Below, in pieces: positions 1 to 11,992 of a stretch of 64,000 nucleotides of DNA (position 1 is its first letter; the number at the start of each line of letters is the position of its first letter). Below the pieces are notes generated by a model that was given only the letters and a program-made list of their open reading frames with translations, had not been told where the DNA came from and did not search any database. Origin of the DNA: an uncultured delta proteobacterium (GTDB lineage Bacteria > Desulfobacterota > Desulfomonilia > UBA1062); the NCBI GenBank assembly GCA_963752595.1, contig CAVVYZ010000030.1, positions 96,001 through 160,000 on the forward strand. The letters run 5' to 3'. Position numbers and translations under genes: made by a program.

Positions 1-1589
1 TCCACGATCCGGTGGTCCAGGAACGGGTCCCTGCCTTCGAGGCCGTTGAACATGGTGGCCCGGTCCACCTTGGTGAGGATGTCTTCCGGGAGGTAATATT
101 TCATGTCCCAGAGCATCATGGACATCCATGAAGGGGGAGGGATGTATCCAGGGGCGGCCTGGGGTCATGGTAGGCCCCGTGAGACGGCTCGACTTCCCGG
201 GGCAGCCAGTATCCCACGGCATAGGGGTAGGCACTCGATGCGGATCCCTTCCCAGTTCGAGAGAACGGCCTGGAGCTTCCTCATCCGGTCCCTGATGGCG
301 GGGAGTCTTAGTTTCGGGAGATGCCTGCGAAAGCGGAAGCAATCCTGTCACTCCCCAACGGCTCATCATACCTGCCGGCCGTCCTGGGACAGAGCAGTGG
401 GGAGGAGAGAGAGGAACCTGTCGAGCCTGTTCATGACCCAGTACCGGTGATAGCCGCAGAACAGCTCGTCACCGCCGTCGGCAGACAGGCTCACCTTCAC
501 GTGCTTCGCGGTCATCCGGGATACGATAGTCGTGGGGATGCCGGAGATGTCGCCGAAGGGTTCGTCATAGATCTCGGGCCACAGGGGTAGGATCTCCTTG
601 CGTGGTCCGGGGTGACGATCTCCAAGGTGTGCTCGGTGCCGAGATGCTCGGCTACAGCCTGGCCCAGCGGGACTCGTCGTAGTTCTTCTCGTTGAATCCG
701 ATGGTGAAGGTCTTGACCCGGGTGTCGGTATGCCTGGCGAGGATCGCGGTCACCAGAGACGAGTCGATGCCGCCCGAGAGGAAGACGCCCACGGGTACAT
801 CCGCGATGAGCCGTTTCGTGAAGGCATCGATGAGGATCTCCTCGAGCCTGTCCGTAATGCGTCTTCATTACCGTTAGGCAGGTTCGCCCCGGGAGAATTC
901 CGAGGCATCCCAGTACCGGCGGTGTTCGATGTCGAGTCGCCTCGATTCACCCTGATCCAGCAGCCGGGTTCGAGCTTGGAGACTTTAAGGTAGATGGATC
1001 TCTGGCCAGCGATGTAGCCGTAGTGGAAGAACTCGCCCAGAGGCATCTCTGTCGATCTGCAGCTCGATGCCGGGCATGCATGGATGGCCTTGAGCTCGGA
1101 GGCAAAGGCGAAGATGCCGCGGTCGCGGATAGAAGTACAGCGGCTTGATCCCCATGCGGTCGCGGAACAGGAAGAGCACTTTATCGCGTGCGTCCCAGAC
1201 CGCAAAGGCAAACATGCCAATGAAGCGCTCCACGCAGGACGGCCCCCAGGCCGACGAAGGCGTTGAGCACCACCTCGGTATCCGAGGTCCCACGGAATAC
1301 GATATCCCTTTGTCTGCGAGCTCTTCCCTGATCTCCCGATAGTTGTAGACCTCGCCGTTATAGGAGATGGTAGAACGCTGTCCTCCTGGTGGACATGGGC
1401 TGGCTGGCCCGTCGGGGTGAGGTCGATGATGGAGAGCCTGCGATGACCGAAGGCGATACCCGCCGACCTATCTATGAATATACCGGCATCGTCGGGCCCC
1501 CCTCGGATCATGGTGTCCCGGCAGATACTGCAGCTCCCTTCAAGATCGACCGAAGGGCTTTTATTCCAGATGCCTACGATTCTGCACAT
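1..1589 (-). CDS. asnB: Asparagine synthase-like (glutamine-hydrolysing) amidotransferase; multiple frameshifts; runs off the left edge
   Basis: Pieces in several frames: N-terminal [58 protein letters not shown]; at 1-100 [26 protein letters not shown] on the minus strand. Confidence 0.85.
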
Positions 1590-2794
1590 ACGGGTTGTTG
1601 CCTTTGATGAATTGATTTGATGAAATCAATGAGCTTAATCATCTTGGCCCGATAATCCATATATTCAAGGGCATAATCACGCATCATCCGAGGTATATCG
1701 TTTCCAAATTTGAAGGACAGGCCCCGGGTGAACCGGATAACCTCATACATGTCAATCGCGCTGTCATCAGCGGGAGCTGTGAAGATAAAAGGCAGATCGG
1801 AGGAGATATCTTCATCCGCATAGGAAATCATGAAGGGTATTCCTCTGGCCATATACTCCCGAACTTTCAGGGTGGAGCCGGATGATAATTTTTTTCGATG
1901 TATCCCAAGGGTCCCTATTGCAATATCAGAGAGATCAAATTCCCGGTCGAGTTCTTCTCCTGTCAGGTAACCACGGGGAATGACCTGATTTTCTACGGAA
2001 AGTGATTTCATGAACTCCCGGAAAGAATCTGTGAGGTTGCCGGCGATATGCAGTTCGATCTTCACATCTCCACGGTATCTCGCTATGCCTTTGAGCACAC
2101 GGTCGATCCCCTGCCAGTCAGCAGTATGCGATCCTACATAGAGGAGCCTTAAGGATTCCTGATTGGTTGTATTGAATCTTTTCAGGGGATATTGTTCCAC
2201 ATCTATGCTGTTCGTCAGGGTCAATGATGGGACTGTTCTCTCGATCAGACCGAGTTCATACTTTGTTATCTCAGATGTTACCCCGATAACCCCATTTACA
2301 TTGAGTAGGACCTTTCTACCATTATTCATTATCAGGGGAGCAAGGATCCGGCCTGCTTTTGTCATGCGGAGCTCATCGTTTTCTTTCGCCTGATGTTCGG
2401 TTATCAGGACCAGCTTCGGATTGATCTTTTTCGGATTAAAGATCCCTGGTACATACGTAATGTTATAACGCCATATGATTACATCCGGCTGAAAAGATCG
2501 AATATCTCTATACGCCTCTGAAAATACGGGGCCAATCCGAAACAGGGAACAGAACAAAGGGATGGAAGAGAAGATACGATAGGGGGCAGAGGAGACTTCT
2601 TTCAGGTGATAATACTTACCGGAATCCATTGATTCGGGCTTCTTCTTCCGGGAAGCAACGATGCAGCAGCCATTGAATTTCAAGCCATTGTCTTTCCCGA
2701 TTTCCCCCAGAAAATTGCAGAATTCCCGCTCTTTCCTGAATACACCGGGAGAGAGATCAGGATTGTTAAATGAAAGATACATTACCCGTATCAT
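1574..2794 (-). CDS. Glycosyltransferase, GT4-like
   Basis: WQGIDR, GTLGIHRK..STLKVREYMARGIPF motifs. Start placed at MIRVMY (2794), overlapping the upstream stop. Confidence 0.85.
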   Translation of the reverse strand: MIRVMYLSFNNPDLSPGVFRKEREFCNFLGEIGKDNGLKFNGCCIVASRKKKPESMDSGKYYHLKEVSSAPYRIFSSIPLFCSLFRIGPVFSEAYRDIRSFQPDVIIWRYNITYVPGIFNPKKINPKLVLITEHQAKENDELRMTKAGRILAPLIMNNGRKVLLNVNGVIGVTSEITKYELGLIERTVPSLTLTNSIDVEQYPLKRFNTTNQESLRLLYVGSHTADWQGIDRVLKGIARYRGDVKIELHIAGNLTDSFREFMKSLSVENQVIPRGYLTGEELDREFDLSDIAIGTLGIHRKKLSSGSTLKVREYMARGIPFMISYADEDISSDLPFIFTAPADDSAIDMYEVIRFTRGLSFKFGNDIPRMMRDYALEYMDYRAKMIKLIDFIKSIHQRQQPVCAES

Positions 2795-4809
2795 ACACTT
2801 ATATGAAAAGCCTCTATCCATTTACCAAAGCAGATCATCCTCCACACGAGAAAACTGAAAGGCCTTTTGCCGTCGATCATTTCATCCAGGATCCCGAGGA
2901 CGGCGTGAGACAGTATCCCCTGTGAACGATCCACAGCGCTCCTGAGCTCGTTCCGGAACAGCTGTGGATTATAGTTCTTTAACCAGAGCTGTTCAGGAGT
3001 AGCAAAACCGATCTTGTCTCTTCGGAGACGGACTTTCTCGGGCAGGATCCCGCGCATTGCCTCGCGAAGCACCCGTTTTGTAATTCCATCTTTCAGTTTG
3101 TATTCCTCGGGGAGACCGAGCACAAATTCCACGAGGCGATAATCAAGAAATGGTATACGGGCTTCGATCGAATTAGCCATAGAATTTCGATCTTCCCAGT
3201 GGAGCAGCATGGGAAGACTGGTCGCTCTGAGTTGCAGGAGGGAGAGCTCGAGTACAGAGCTCGGTTTCCTCTGCTCTAGTGAAAATGGATTCTCCGCCTC
3301 TGCGCCCATGAGATCTCGACTGAGCCATGGAGGGTCAAGGTCAGAAGTATGGAATATCTTTGCTACCATCTTACGCTGCGCAACGGGGAGGAGGAGGCTG
3401 GCCATATCCCTGGCAGAGTGGAGTATCGTGTATCCGTGAAGCCTTCGAGTAGCCCTGAGATCACACAATAAACGGATGAAACGCAGCTGCTTCATCAGAG
3501 ATGCCTGTCGCATGGCAAAGTAGGTATGATACCCAGCGAGATGCTCATCGGCTCCTTGTCCGTCAAGCATGACCTTTATCCCATGTTGCGATGCCAAGGC
3601 GAAAACATTCCATTGGGCATATATGCTTGCAGATCCGAAAGGTTCATCCTGATGCCACAGGATATCGGGCAGGGAAGGAAACAGGTTGTCCAATGATGGG
3701 TATACCGAAAATGACTTCAGGCCGGTTGCATTTACGACTTCGTCGATAAATTCTTTTTCGTCATACTGCTTCTCATTGGTGCATGCAGAGAACGATTTCT
3801 GGAGTAAAGGCTTCGATTGGGTCAGCAGTAAGCGGTTCATCATGCATACGATGGAAGATGAGTCCAGCCCGCCCGACAGGCAGGATCCCACCGGTACGTC
3901 GGATCTGAGACGCAGCCCCAAGGCGTCGGAAAAGATATTTCGGAATTCTGCTGCTGCTTCATCCAAGGTCCCTTCAAAGGCCCGGGGTTCAAGCACGTAC
4001 CAGGGTGCAGACTCGATCGGCTCGTGAAGAACAAGACAGGCATTGTTATGGGAGAATGTATTGAGATGGATCCTGAGGACATGTCCAGGCCTCAACTGGA
4101 AAACGCCTTTGAATGAAGTCTCTCCGGAGTGGTCTATGAGCCCCCATATGAGATAGTCATAGGCACGCTGGCCGTTCAAGCGGGGGCTCCATCCCGGCAG
4201 CACGGTAAACTGCTTGATTTCGGAAGCGAATGCAACAAGCCCCGAGGGTGATACCCAGTAGTAAAGGGGCTTTACCCCAAAGCGGTCACGGACTAGGGAG
4301 ATGGATTGGGTCAGTGTATCGTAGATGGCAAAGGAAAACATGCCGTTGAACCGGTTCAAACATGATTCTCCCCAGTACTCCCAGGCAGCAAGGATAACCT
4401 CTGTGTCGCTCTGGGAAATGAAGGTATATCCAAGCTCCTTGAGCTCTTCCCGTAATTCGAGGTAATTGTATACTTCACCATTATACACTATCCAATAACG
4501 GTTGTTTCTTGAGCACATGGGCTGGTGCCCGGTTACTGCCAGATCAATGATGGATAGACGGCGATGAGCCAAGCCGAGTGTTGCGAGCTCACCTGCCGGC
4601 AGCATATCTTTCGGGGCATAGGCAGTGGCTGACTGAAAACAAGCTGGAGAGGTATCTCTGCCTCCGAGTATGAGTGGATCCTGATCCAATCCTTTGAAAA
4701 GAACATAGCCTTCGTCGTCGGGCCCTCGATGGCGGACGAGGGTATTCATAAGCCGTAAGCTTTCGGCTCTGATAGGTTTCATGCTGAAAAATCCTGATAT
4801 TCCGCACAT
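2791..4809 (-). CDS. asnB: AsnB-family amidotransferase (WbpS-like polysaccharide amidation type)
   Basis: Intact ORF: [52 protein letters not shown]. Confidence 0.93.
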   Translation of the reverse strand: MCGISGFFSMKPIRAESLRLMNTLVRHRGPDDEGYVLFKGLDQDPLILGGRDTSPACFQSATAYAPKDMLPAGELATLGLAHRRLSIIDLAVTGHQPMCSRNNRYWIVYNGEVYNYLELREELKELGYTFISQSDTEVILAAWEYWGESCLNRFNGMFSFAIYDTLTQSISLVRDRFGVKPLYYWVSPSGLVAFASEIKQFTVLPGWSPRLNGQRAYDYLIWGLIDHSGETSFKGVFQLRPGHVLRIHLNTFSHNNACLVLHEPIESAPWYVLEPRAFEGTLDEAAAEFRNIFSDALGLRLRSDVPVGSCLSGGLDSSSIVCMMNRLLLTQSKPLLQKSFSACTNEKQYDEKEFIDEVVNATGLKSFSVYPSLDNLFPSLPDILWHQDEPFGSASIYAQWNVFALASQHGIKVMLDGQGADEHLAGYHTYFAMRQASLMKQLRFIRLLCDLRATRRLHGYTILHSARDMASLLLPVAQRKMVAKIFHTSDLDPPWLSRDLMGAEAENPFSLEQRKPSSVLELSLLQLRATSLPMLLHWEDRNSMANSIEARIPFLDYRLVEFVLGLPEEYKLKDGITKRVLREAMRGILPEKVRLRRDKIGFATPEQLWLKNYNPQLFRNELRSAVDRSQGILSHAVLGILDEMIDGKRPFSFLVWRMICFGKWIEAFHISV

Positions 4810-4814
4810 GATAG

Positions 4815-5948
4815 TCAATCCTTCAGCAACAGGTTCACGTTTTCTATAAGCACCTTTTCAGAGGCTTCAAAGCACAATTCCTCCGATGCCTTGTGGGAGT
4901 TCTGCTTGAATCTGTCAACCTGTTCCCGGGTAAGGCGGTTCAGTTCAGCCGCAAGCATCTCTGGAGAAAAATCATCTGCCACAATACCAAGATCGTACCT
5001 CCGGACATACCGGGCCATCTCAGGCGAAGGGCCTATGGCCAGGGCAAGCCTTGCCTGAACGAATTCGAAAAATTTATTTGGAAGGGCAAGGGAAGAGTTG
5101 AGATTCACCGGGGGCAGTATATACAAGCCGATATCGTAAGAATTCAGTTTCATGGGAATTTCGTTTATTGCCACCGGATGAATGAATCGTATTCTCGGGA
5201 GCCGAGATGCCTTTTTCTTGAGATACTCGAGGTAGCCGGAACCATCATCCATGAGCATCAGGTCCAGGGTGAAGCGGTCACTCAGGTGACATATCATGTC
5301 TATCATAAGCTCGAGCTTCCGGGATGGGTTGGCTGTCCCGTGATGGATGAGAGAAAACCGCTCTTTGCAGGGTATGGGCTGAAGGTTCTGATAGTATGGG
5401 GCATTCATGATGACAAAAGGCTTAGAGATGCCGAACTGCCGGGAATATTTTTCGGCTATACCTTCGCAGACGGTCATCATGGCATTCACCTTTGGAAGGT
5501 GTTCCTGACACAGGAATGAAGTGGTATGCCTTTTGGCGAAGAAGCGCCAGGACCATTTTTCTTCAAACTCGGATGGGGAATATTCATGCGAATCAAGAAG
5601 CACTTTTCCCCCGTCAGCTATGCGTAGCGCCAGAGGTAGGGATTCAACATCGTTGGCAATGATGAGGTTGAAACGTTTCCCCTTAAGCTTCTGGATAGCT
5701 TCCCTGACATCCGGAAGGCCCCAGTAATATCTCTGGAACTGCCTGGTCTTGAGCAGCCATGCACCGAGAACCTTGTCCATGAGTTTCCGGCGCCGGGGAG
5801 CAAGGGGAATAAATCGAATCTCCTTCAGGCTCTCTCCGGCTCTTCCTTCTACCGTGAGCACGTGTTTGCCGGAAAGGGCAGAGATCTGCCGTCTCACGCG
5901 CGGATCGGTCTCTATGTTCGAAAATGAGATGATGAGGATCTCAGCCAT
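4815..5948 (-). CDS. Glycosyltransferase, GT-B fold
   Basis: DPRVRRQ N-terminus, DSHEY, LPNKFFEFVQA..IGPSPEMA. Paralog of 6461-7696. Confidence 0.85.
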   Translation of the reverse strand: MAEILIISFSNIETDPRVRRQISALSGKHVLTVEGRAGESLKEIRFIPLAPRRRKLMDKVLGAWLLKTRQFQRYYWGLPDVREAIQKLKGKRFNLIIANDVESLPLALRIADGGKVLLDSHEYSPSEFEEKWSWRFFAKRHTTSFLCQEHLPKVNAMMTVCEGIAEKYSRQFGISKPFVIMNAPYYQNLQPIPCKERFSLIHHGTANPSRKLELMIDMICHLSDRFTLDLMLMDDGSGYLEYLKKKASRLPRIRFIHPVAINEIPMKLNSYDIGLYILPPVNLNSSLALPNKFFEFVQARLALAIGPSPEMARYVRRYDLGIVADDFSPEMLAAELNRLTREQVDRFKQNSHKASEELCFEASEKVLIENVNLLLKD

Positions 5949-5958
5949 CTGGTAAAAC

Positions 5959-6287
5959 TAGACCTTTGCATAATCAGGCGAGAAGGGTTTGTGCGGGGTT
6001 GATTGATATTTTATCATCAATTTTTCAATAAAAAGATTTCAATTTCCAGCATGGATCTCCTTCAAAAACCGCTGTGTCCGAGAAGATCCCAGTGCCTTGC
6101 TTAATTCAAGATCCAAGAAACTCATGTTCCCATCATACTCCTTTAATCCCATTTCATTCCCCCTTGGATTACAAGATGAAGAAAGACTACCATATTTACT
6201 CAATATTATCATTGCATTAAATGCCATCATCGCTTGTAATAGGCTCTATGTCTCGCCCCGGAATTGCCTGAATTGTGCAAAGGTCTC
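5959..6287 (-). mobile_element. Internally deleted (MITE-like) derivative of the local IS5-family element
   Basis: Both ends carry the IR (AGACCTTTGCATAAT at 5960; TTGTGCAAAGGTCTC ending 6287). It holds the first ~35 transposase codons (MGLKEYDGNMSFLDLELSK..) joined directly to sequence homologous to the IS right end. Confidence 0.88.
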
Positions 6288-6460
6288 GGGCGATATGTCG
6301 TTTACATCTAGTCCCTGAAAGATAAAGACAGCCTGGCACAGCAGTGACAGGAAAAAGATGGAGCAGATAAAGGTCGTCTTTTTATTGAATTGTATATGGA
6401 CTTTCATGCTGGCGAAATCACTAATTTCTCGAATCCAGGACTATAGGAAGAATCCTAGGG

Positions 6461-7696
6461 CTATCTGCTCAATACATGCTCATAAATTTGGACAAGCTTC
6501 TTCATTTCGGTACGGGCATTTATCCCGATGGCTGCCTTACCTGCAGCCATCCTCATGGCAGCCCACTCTTCCTTGGTGGTTCGATTGAGCAAGGAGGCCA
6601 TATGTGAAGGGCTAAAAGAGGGGCACACGACACCGAAACCATAGTTTTCCACAAGGCCTGCCATCGAGGGAGAGGGCCCGATACATACGGGAAGGCCGGC
6701 GCAGATGAAATCAAAGAATTTGTTCGGCAATGCAACCAAATTATTATAGTTCGTGGGTGGGAGCATGTAGAATCCGACATCGAATCTCGATATGGTCTGC
6801 GTGATAAGCTCCGGGGGAACAGGATCATGGAAGAATACGCGCTCCGGAGCCACTGCTTCTGCTGTTCGTTTCAGCTTTTCCACGTATTCGTTATGGATGA
6901 ACATGAAGTGGAGACTGTACCGTTCATCACATTGCGCGATGGTTTTAATCATTAATTCCGGGTGCCTCAATCTGCTGGCCCCTCCGTGGTGTATCAATCT
7001 GACAGAAGAACTTTCCGTTTTGTGATGTAGCCCTGGAATGTTCTCCGGCGCATTCATGATTACCGTCGGATAGAAGCCGAATTCATCCCGGTATCTCTCT
7101 GCGATGGGAGAGGCGACAGTGATTGAAGCATCGGCCCATGGTGAATACTTTTTCAGTATGTATGTGATGAACCGTTTTTTTATCCACCACAGAGGAAGCT
7201 CTTCATACTCGAGAGGTGCATATTCATGCAAGTCCATCACCAGGGCGGAATGATTCTTCCGGGCAGCCTGTGCGGCAATGGGAAGGGCATCCCAATCATT
7301 GCCGTGATAGGCATCGTAACGGTTTGCAGAGGCATGCCTCCATGCTTCTTCATACTGCGGCTGCTTCCAGTACCAGGCTTCACTGGCGAGAGGGAGGACA
7401 ATGCCTGATAGTGACAGGAGCTTATTCCTAGCTTGTTGTAATTTATTGGCAACTCGTGCGAAGAATCGGATACCTCTAAAGGTACGGGCTTTTAAAGCTG
7501 TAGTGAGGGAGGGTATCTGATCCTGCCGGTCGAGCCGGATCCAGCTTATCCCTGGTGAATCCTCATAGGCGGGGTGTGGTGGTCCATAGCCAATGATGGT
7601 GATATCATAGAAGGGGGAGAGGTATTTGATCTGCCGCAGTACTCGGGCATCGCTGGATATGGGTGAGAAAGAAAGGATGCAGATTGATTTTCTCAT
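6461..7696 (-). CDS. Glycosyltransferase, GT-B fold
   Basis: DARVLRQ, DLHEY, LPNKFFDFICAG..IGPSPSMA. Confidence 0.85.
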   Translation of the reverse strand: MRKSICILSFSPISSDARVLRQIKYLSPFYDITIIGYGPPHPAYEDSPGISWIRLDRQDQIPSLTTALKARTFRGIRFFARVANKLQQARNKLLSLSGIVLPLASEAWYWKQPQYEEAWRHASANRYDAYHGNDWDALPIAAQAARKNHSALVMDLHEYAPLEYEELPLWWIKKRFITYILKKYSPWADASITVASPIAERYRDEFGFYPTVIMNAPENIPGLHHKTESSSVRLIHHGGASRLRHPELMIKTIAQCDERYSLHFMFIHNEYVEKLKRTAEAVAPERVFFHDPVPPELITQTISRFDVGFYMLPPTNYNNLVALPNKFFDFICAGLPVCIGPSPSMAGLVENYGFGVVCPSFSPSHMASLLNRTTKEEWAAMRMAAGKAAIGINARTEMKKLVQIYEHVLSR

Positions 7697-9669
7697 GCCG
7701 GACCTATGTCAAAGGCCTTCATCCACAATGAAAGATTGGCCCATCGCCATGGAGTGAAGTCGCTCTGACCCGAGGTGCGAAGCTTCAAGAGATGAGCTTT
7801 CGCCTGTATCGGATCAATGAATTTTTTGAGCTTCGGGTTATCAAGGGCATTTTCAATTAGTGGGGAGAGCACGGTCTTTTGCCAGAGATCTTCAGGGGTG
7901 GAAAACCCTAACTTCGTTATCCGCTTCCTGATTTTATCCGGCAGCACCCCATCCATGGCCTGACGGAAGACGTATTTAGAGTACCCGTCCTTCATCTTGA
8001 AGCTTGAAGGCAGGCTGAACAGGAATTCCACGATCCGGTAATCGAGAAACGGCACCCGCCCTTCTACCGAGAATGCCATTGAGTTCCTGTCTTCATACTT
8101 GAGGAGGGCCTGTAGGTTGTTCTTGAACGTGAGCTGGTACAGGTAATTGTTGAGATGTTCATGCTCTCCGAACATAAGCATATGCTTATTTGCAGCAAAA
8201 AAGCTCTGTTCCTCGTACATACCGTATGCATCCGGATTCAGCCACGCCTTGGTATCTCTACCTGACCGGAGCTTCTTGATAGCCCGGTGCAATCTTGGTG
8301 ACTTTTTCAAGGAACCTGTGAGTTTATACAATACCAGAGGCAGGATGATCTCCAGGACAGGAGCATCAAATCTCCGGGATTCGTGCAGTAGCAGAAGAAG
8401 GTTTTTTTTCAGAAAGAGCTCTTTCAGATAGATATTTGTCGAATACGGGATGTACCCTGCAAGCAGCTCATCCGCCCCCTGGCCGTCGAGCATCACTTTA
8501 ACGCCGTTTTCACTGGCAAGTTTAAAAACCGACCACTGAGCATATATGCTCGTAGATCCGAAGGGTTCTTCCTGGTGCCATACAATTTTCTCAAGCTCAC
8601 TGATAAGGCCGTCGGAAGTTGGATAAGTGAAGTGTGCGTTCACGTTTGTTGTATGAATCGCCGCCTCCATATACTCCAGTTCGTTGGCTTCTTTTTCATC
8701 GAAGTGTGAACTGAAGGTATGCTGAATGTCATGGCGGCATTGTTCTTCGAGCAACGTATGGATAAGACACACTATGGATGAGCTGTCCAATCCCCCAGAG
8801 AGGCAGCTGCCCACCGGGACATCGCTGCGAAGCCTGAGGCTCACGCTGTCTTTCAGGAGTGAGTGGAACTCTTCGGAAGATTCGGAGAGGGTAATTTTTT
8901 CATTAATGGAAAATCGAGGGTCATAGTATAGTGACGCCGTCAGTTTGGGATACTTGAGATCGAAAATGAGGTTATGGCCCGGCAGGAGGCTCCTGACTCC
9001 CTGGAAAAAGGTCTCCTCAGTATGTTCCAGGGCTTGGAAGGATAAGTATTCATAGGCAATCTGCTCATTCATCTTGCGAGGTATGAAGGGAAAAAGGAGC
9101 AATTGCTTGATCTCCGATGCGAAGGCAAAATGCTCTCCATCAAAGAAATAATGGAAGGGCTTAATCCCAAACCTGTCGCGAGAGCAGAAAATCCTCTGGG
9201 CTTTGAGATCGGCAATGCCAAAGGACCACATCCCGTTGAATCTCTCCACGCACCTTTCTCCCCAATGTTGATATGCGTGCAGGATCACTTCCGTATCGGT
9301 CTGGGTTGTGAAAGAGTGTCCGGAGGCTTCAAGCTCCCGGCGCAGCTCGATGTAGTTATAAACTTCGCCATTGTAGGTTATCCAGTAAAGAGAATCCTGA
9401 TTGCACATGGGCTGAAGTCCTGCGGCTGAGAGATCCAGTATTGCCAGACGGCGGTGTGCCAGGGCAAGGTTCGTTCGCCTGGAGGGAAGGGGATTTCCCG
9501 AAAGGGAGGGAAGCCGGGAGACGTCTTTGTCTTTCGAGGAATAATCGTGGAAGAGCACAAATCCAGCCCCGTCCGGACCGCGATAACTGACTATATCGTT
9601 GGCAGCCTGCAGAGCAGACAGATAGGGTTGTATACCTGATGGACTATATAATCCTAATATGCCGCACAT
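7693..9669 (-). CDS. asnB: AsnB-family amidotransferase (WbpS-like)
   Basis: MCGILG, RGPDG, HRRLAILDL, LSGGLDSS, DGQGADE, EDRNSMAFSVEGRVPFLD. Confidence 0.93.
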   Translation of the reverse strand: MCGILGLYSPSGIQPYLSALQAANDIVSYRGPDGAGFVLFHDYSSKDKDVSRLPSLSGNPLPSRRTNLALAHRRLAILDLSAAGLQPMCNQDSLYWITYNGEVYNYIELRRELEASGHSFTTQTDTEVILHAYQHWGERCVERFNGMWSFGIADLKAQRIFCSRDRFGIKPFHYFFDGEHFAFASEIKQLLLFPFIPRKMNEQIAYEYLSFQALEHTEETFFQGVRSLLPGHNLIFDLKYPKLTASLYYDPRFSINEKITLSESSEEFHSLLKDSVSLRLRSDVPVGSCLSGGLDSSSIVCLIHTLLEEQCRHDIQHTFSSHFDEKEANELEYMEAAIHTTNVNAHFTYPTSDGLISELEKIVWHQEEPFGSTSIYAQWSVFKLASENGVKVMLDGQGADELLAGYIPYSTNIYLKELFLKKNLLLLLHESRRFDAPVLEIILPLVLYKLTGSLKKSPRLHRAIKKLRSGRDTKAWLNPDAYGMYEEQSFFAANKHMLMFGEHEHLNNYLYQLTFKNNLQALLKYEDRNSMAFSVEGRVPFLDYRIVEFLFSLPSSFKMKDGYSKYVFRQAMDGVLPDKIRKRITKLGFSTPEDLWQKTVLSPLIENALDNPKLKKFIDPIQAKAHLLKLRTSGQSDFTPWRWANLSLWMKAFDIGPA

Positions 9670-9722
9670 GTATTTATCTCATGGTAAGAAGATTTTTCCC
9701 GGAAGAGAAGTGAATCGAAAGG

Positions 9723-11006
<1,284 letters not shown>

Positions 11007-11008
11007 GA

Positions 11009-11854
11009 TCAGATGACGTCGGCGAAATGCCGTTCAACCTGCTTGAAGTAGGTCAGGCCAAGTATGAAAAACCCCAAACTGACGACTACAGATATCAGAA
11101 CCATGTCCGTAGGGAAGGCCGTGCTGCCCAGCAAGGCGGAGCGGAAGCCTTCGATCACGCCGGTCATGGGATTGAGCGCGTAGATCATGCGGTATCGTTC
11201 CGGGATCATGGAGGCGGGGTACACGATGGGGGTGGCGAACATCCAGAACTGTACCAGGAAGGGGATCGTGTATCGTATATCGCGGTATTTTGCGTTGAGT
11301 GCGGCGAGCAGCATCCCTACGCCGCCGGCCGTGAGCATCATGAGGATAACGAGCCCGGGCAGCAAAAGCACCAGTAGGGTGGGAAAGATATTGTAGTACA
11401 GCATCATCCCGAGCAGTACGATGAACGCCAGGGCAAAATCCAGAAGACCCGCCATGACTGAGGTGAACGGTATGATGACGCGGGGGAAATATACTTTGGA
11501 GATCAGGCTTCCGGAGCCCACTATGCTGTTCGATGAGGTGCTGATCGCCCCGGAGAAATAGGTCCAGGCGATCATGGCCGTGTAATTGAAGATAGGGTAC
11601 GGAATGCCGTCGGAAGGGATCTTGACGAGTTTCCCGAAAAAGAGGGTGAATACGACCATCAAGAAGAACGGCTGTATGATCGCCCATAAGCCGCCGAGCA
11701 CGGTCTGCTTGTATTTCACCTTGATATCCCTGATGACGAGGAATGCAAAGAGATCCCTGTACTGGCTCAACTCTCTGAAGTCCAGGAGCTGAATGCCCGT
11801 TTTTTTCCGGATATGGATGAAATGCTTTCCGGAATCAGAAGTATGCTCGTTCAT
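11009..11854 (-). CDS. wzm: Polysaccharide ABC transporter permease
   Basis: RDIKVKYKQTVLG..WAIIQP, LISKVYFPR, TPIVYP, NPMTGVIEGFR; hydrophobic; adjacent to wzt. Confidence 0.95.
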   Translation of the reverse strand: MNEHTSDSGKHFIHIRKKTGIQLLDFRELSQYRDLFAFLVIRDIKVKYKQTVLGGLWAIIQPFFLMVVFTLFFGKLVKIPSDGIPYPIFNYTAMIAWTYFSGAISTSSNSIVGSGSLISKVYFPRVIIPFTSVMAGLLDFALAFIVLLGMMLYYNIFPTLLVLLLPGLVILMMLTAGGVGMLLAALNAKYRDIRYTIPFLVQFWMFATPIVYPASMIPERYRMIYALNPMTGVIEGFRSALLGSTAFPTDMVLISVVVSLGFFILGLTYFKQVERHFADVI

Positions 11855-11992
11855 GGACAGTATAATCCTTTTTCACAAAGCTCCGCATGCCCGGGTGAAA
11901 CCTGGACGATTGATGTGTATACTCCTCATGAATTAATCATCATTCGATCGACACAGTACTCATCGAATTTGCAGAATGTGAGCTTTAATCCA

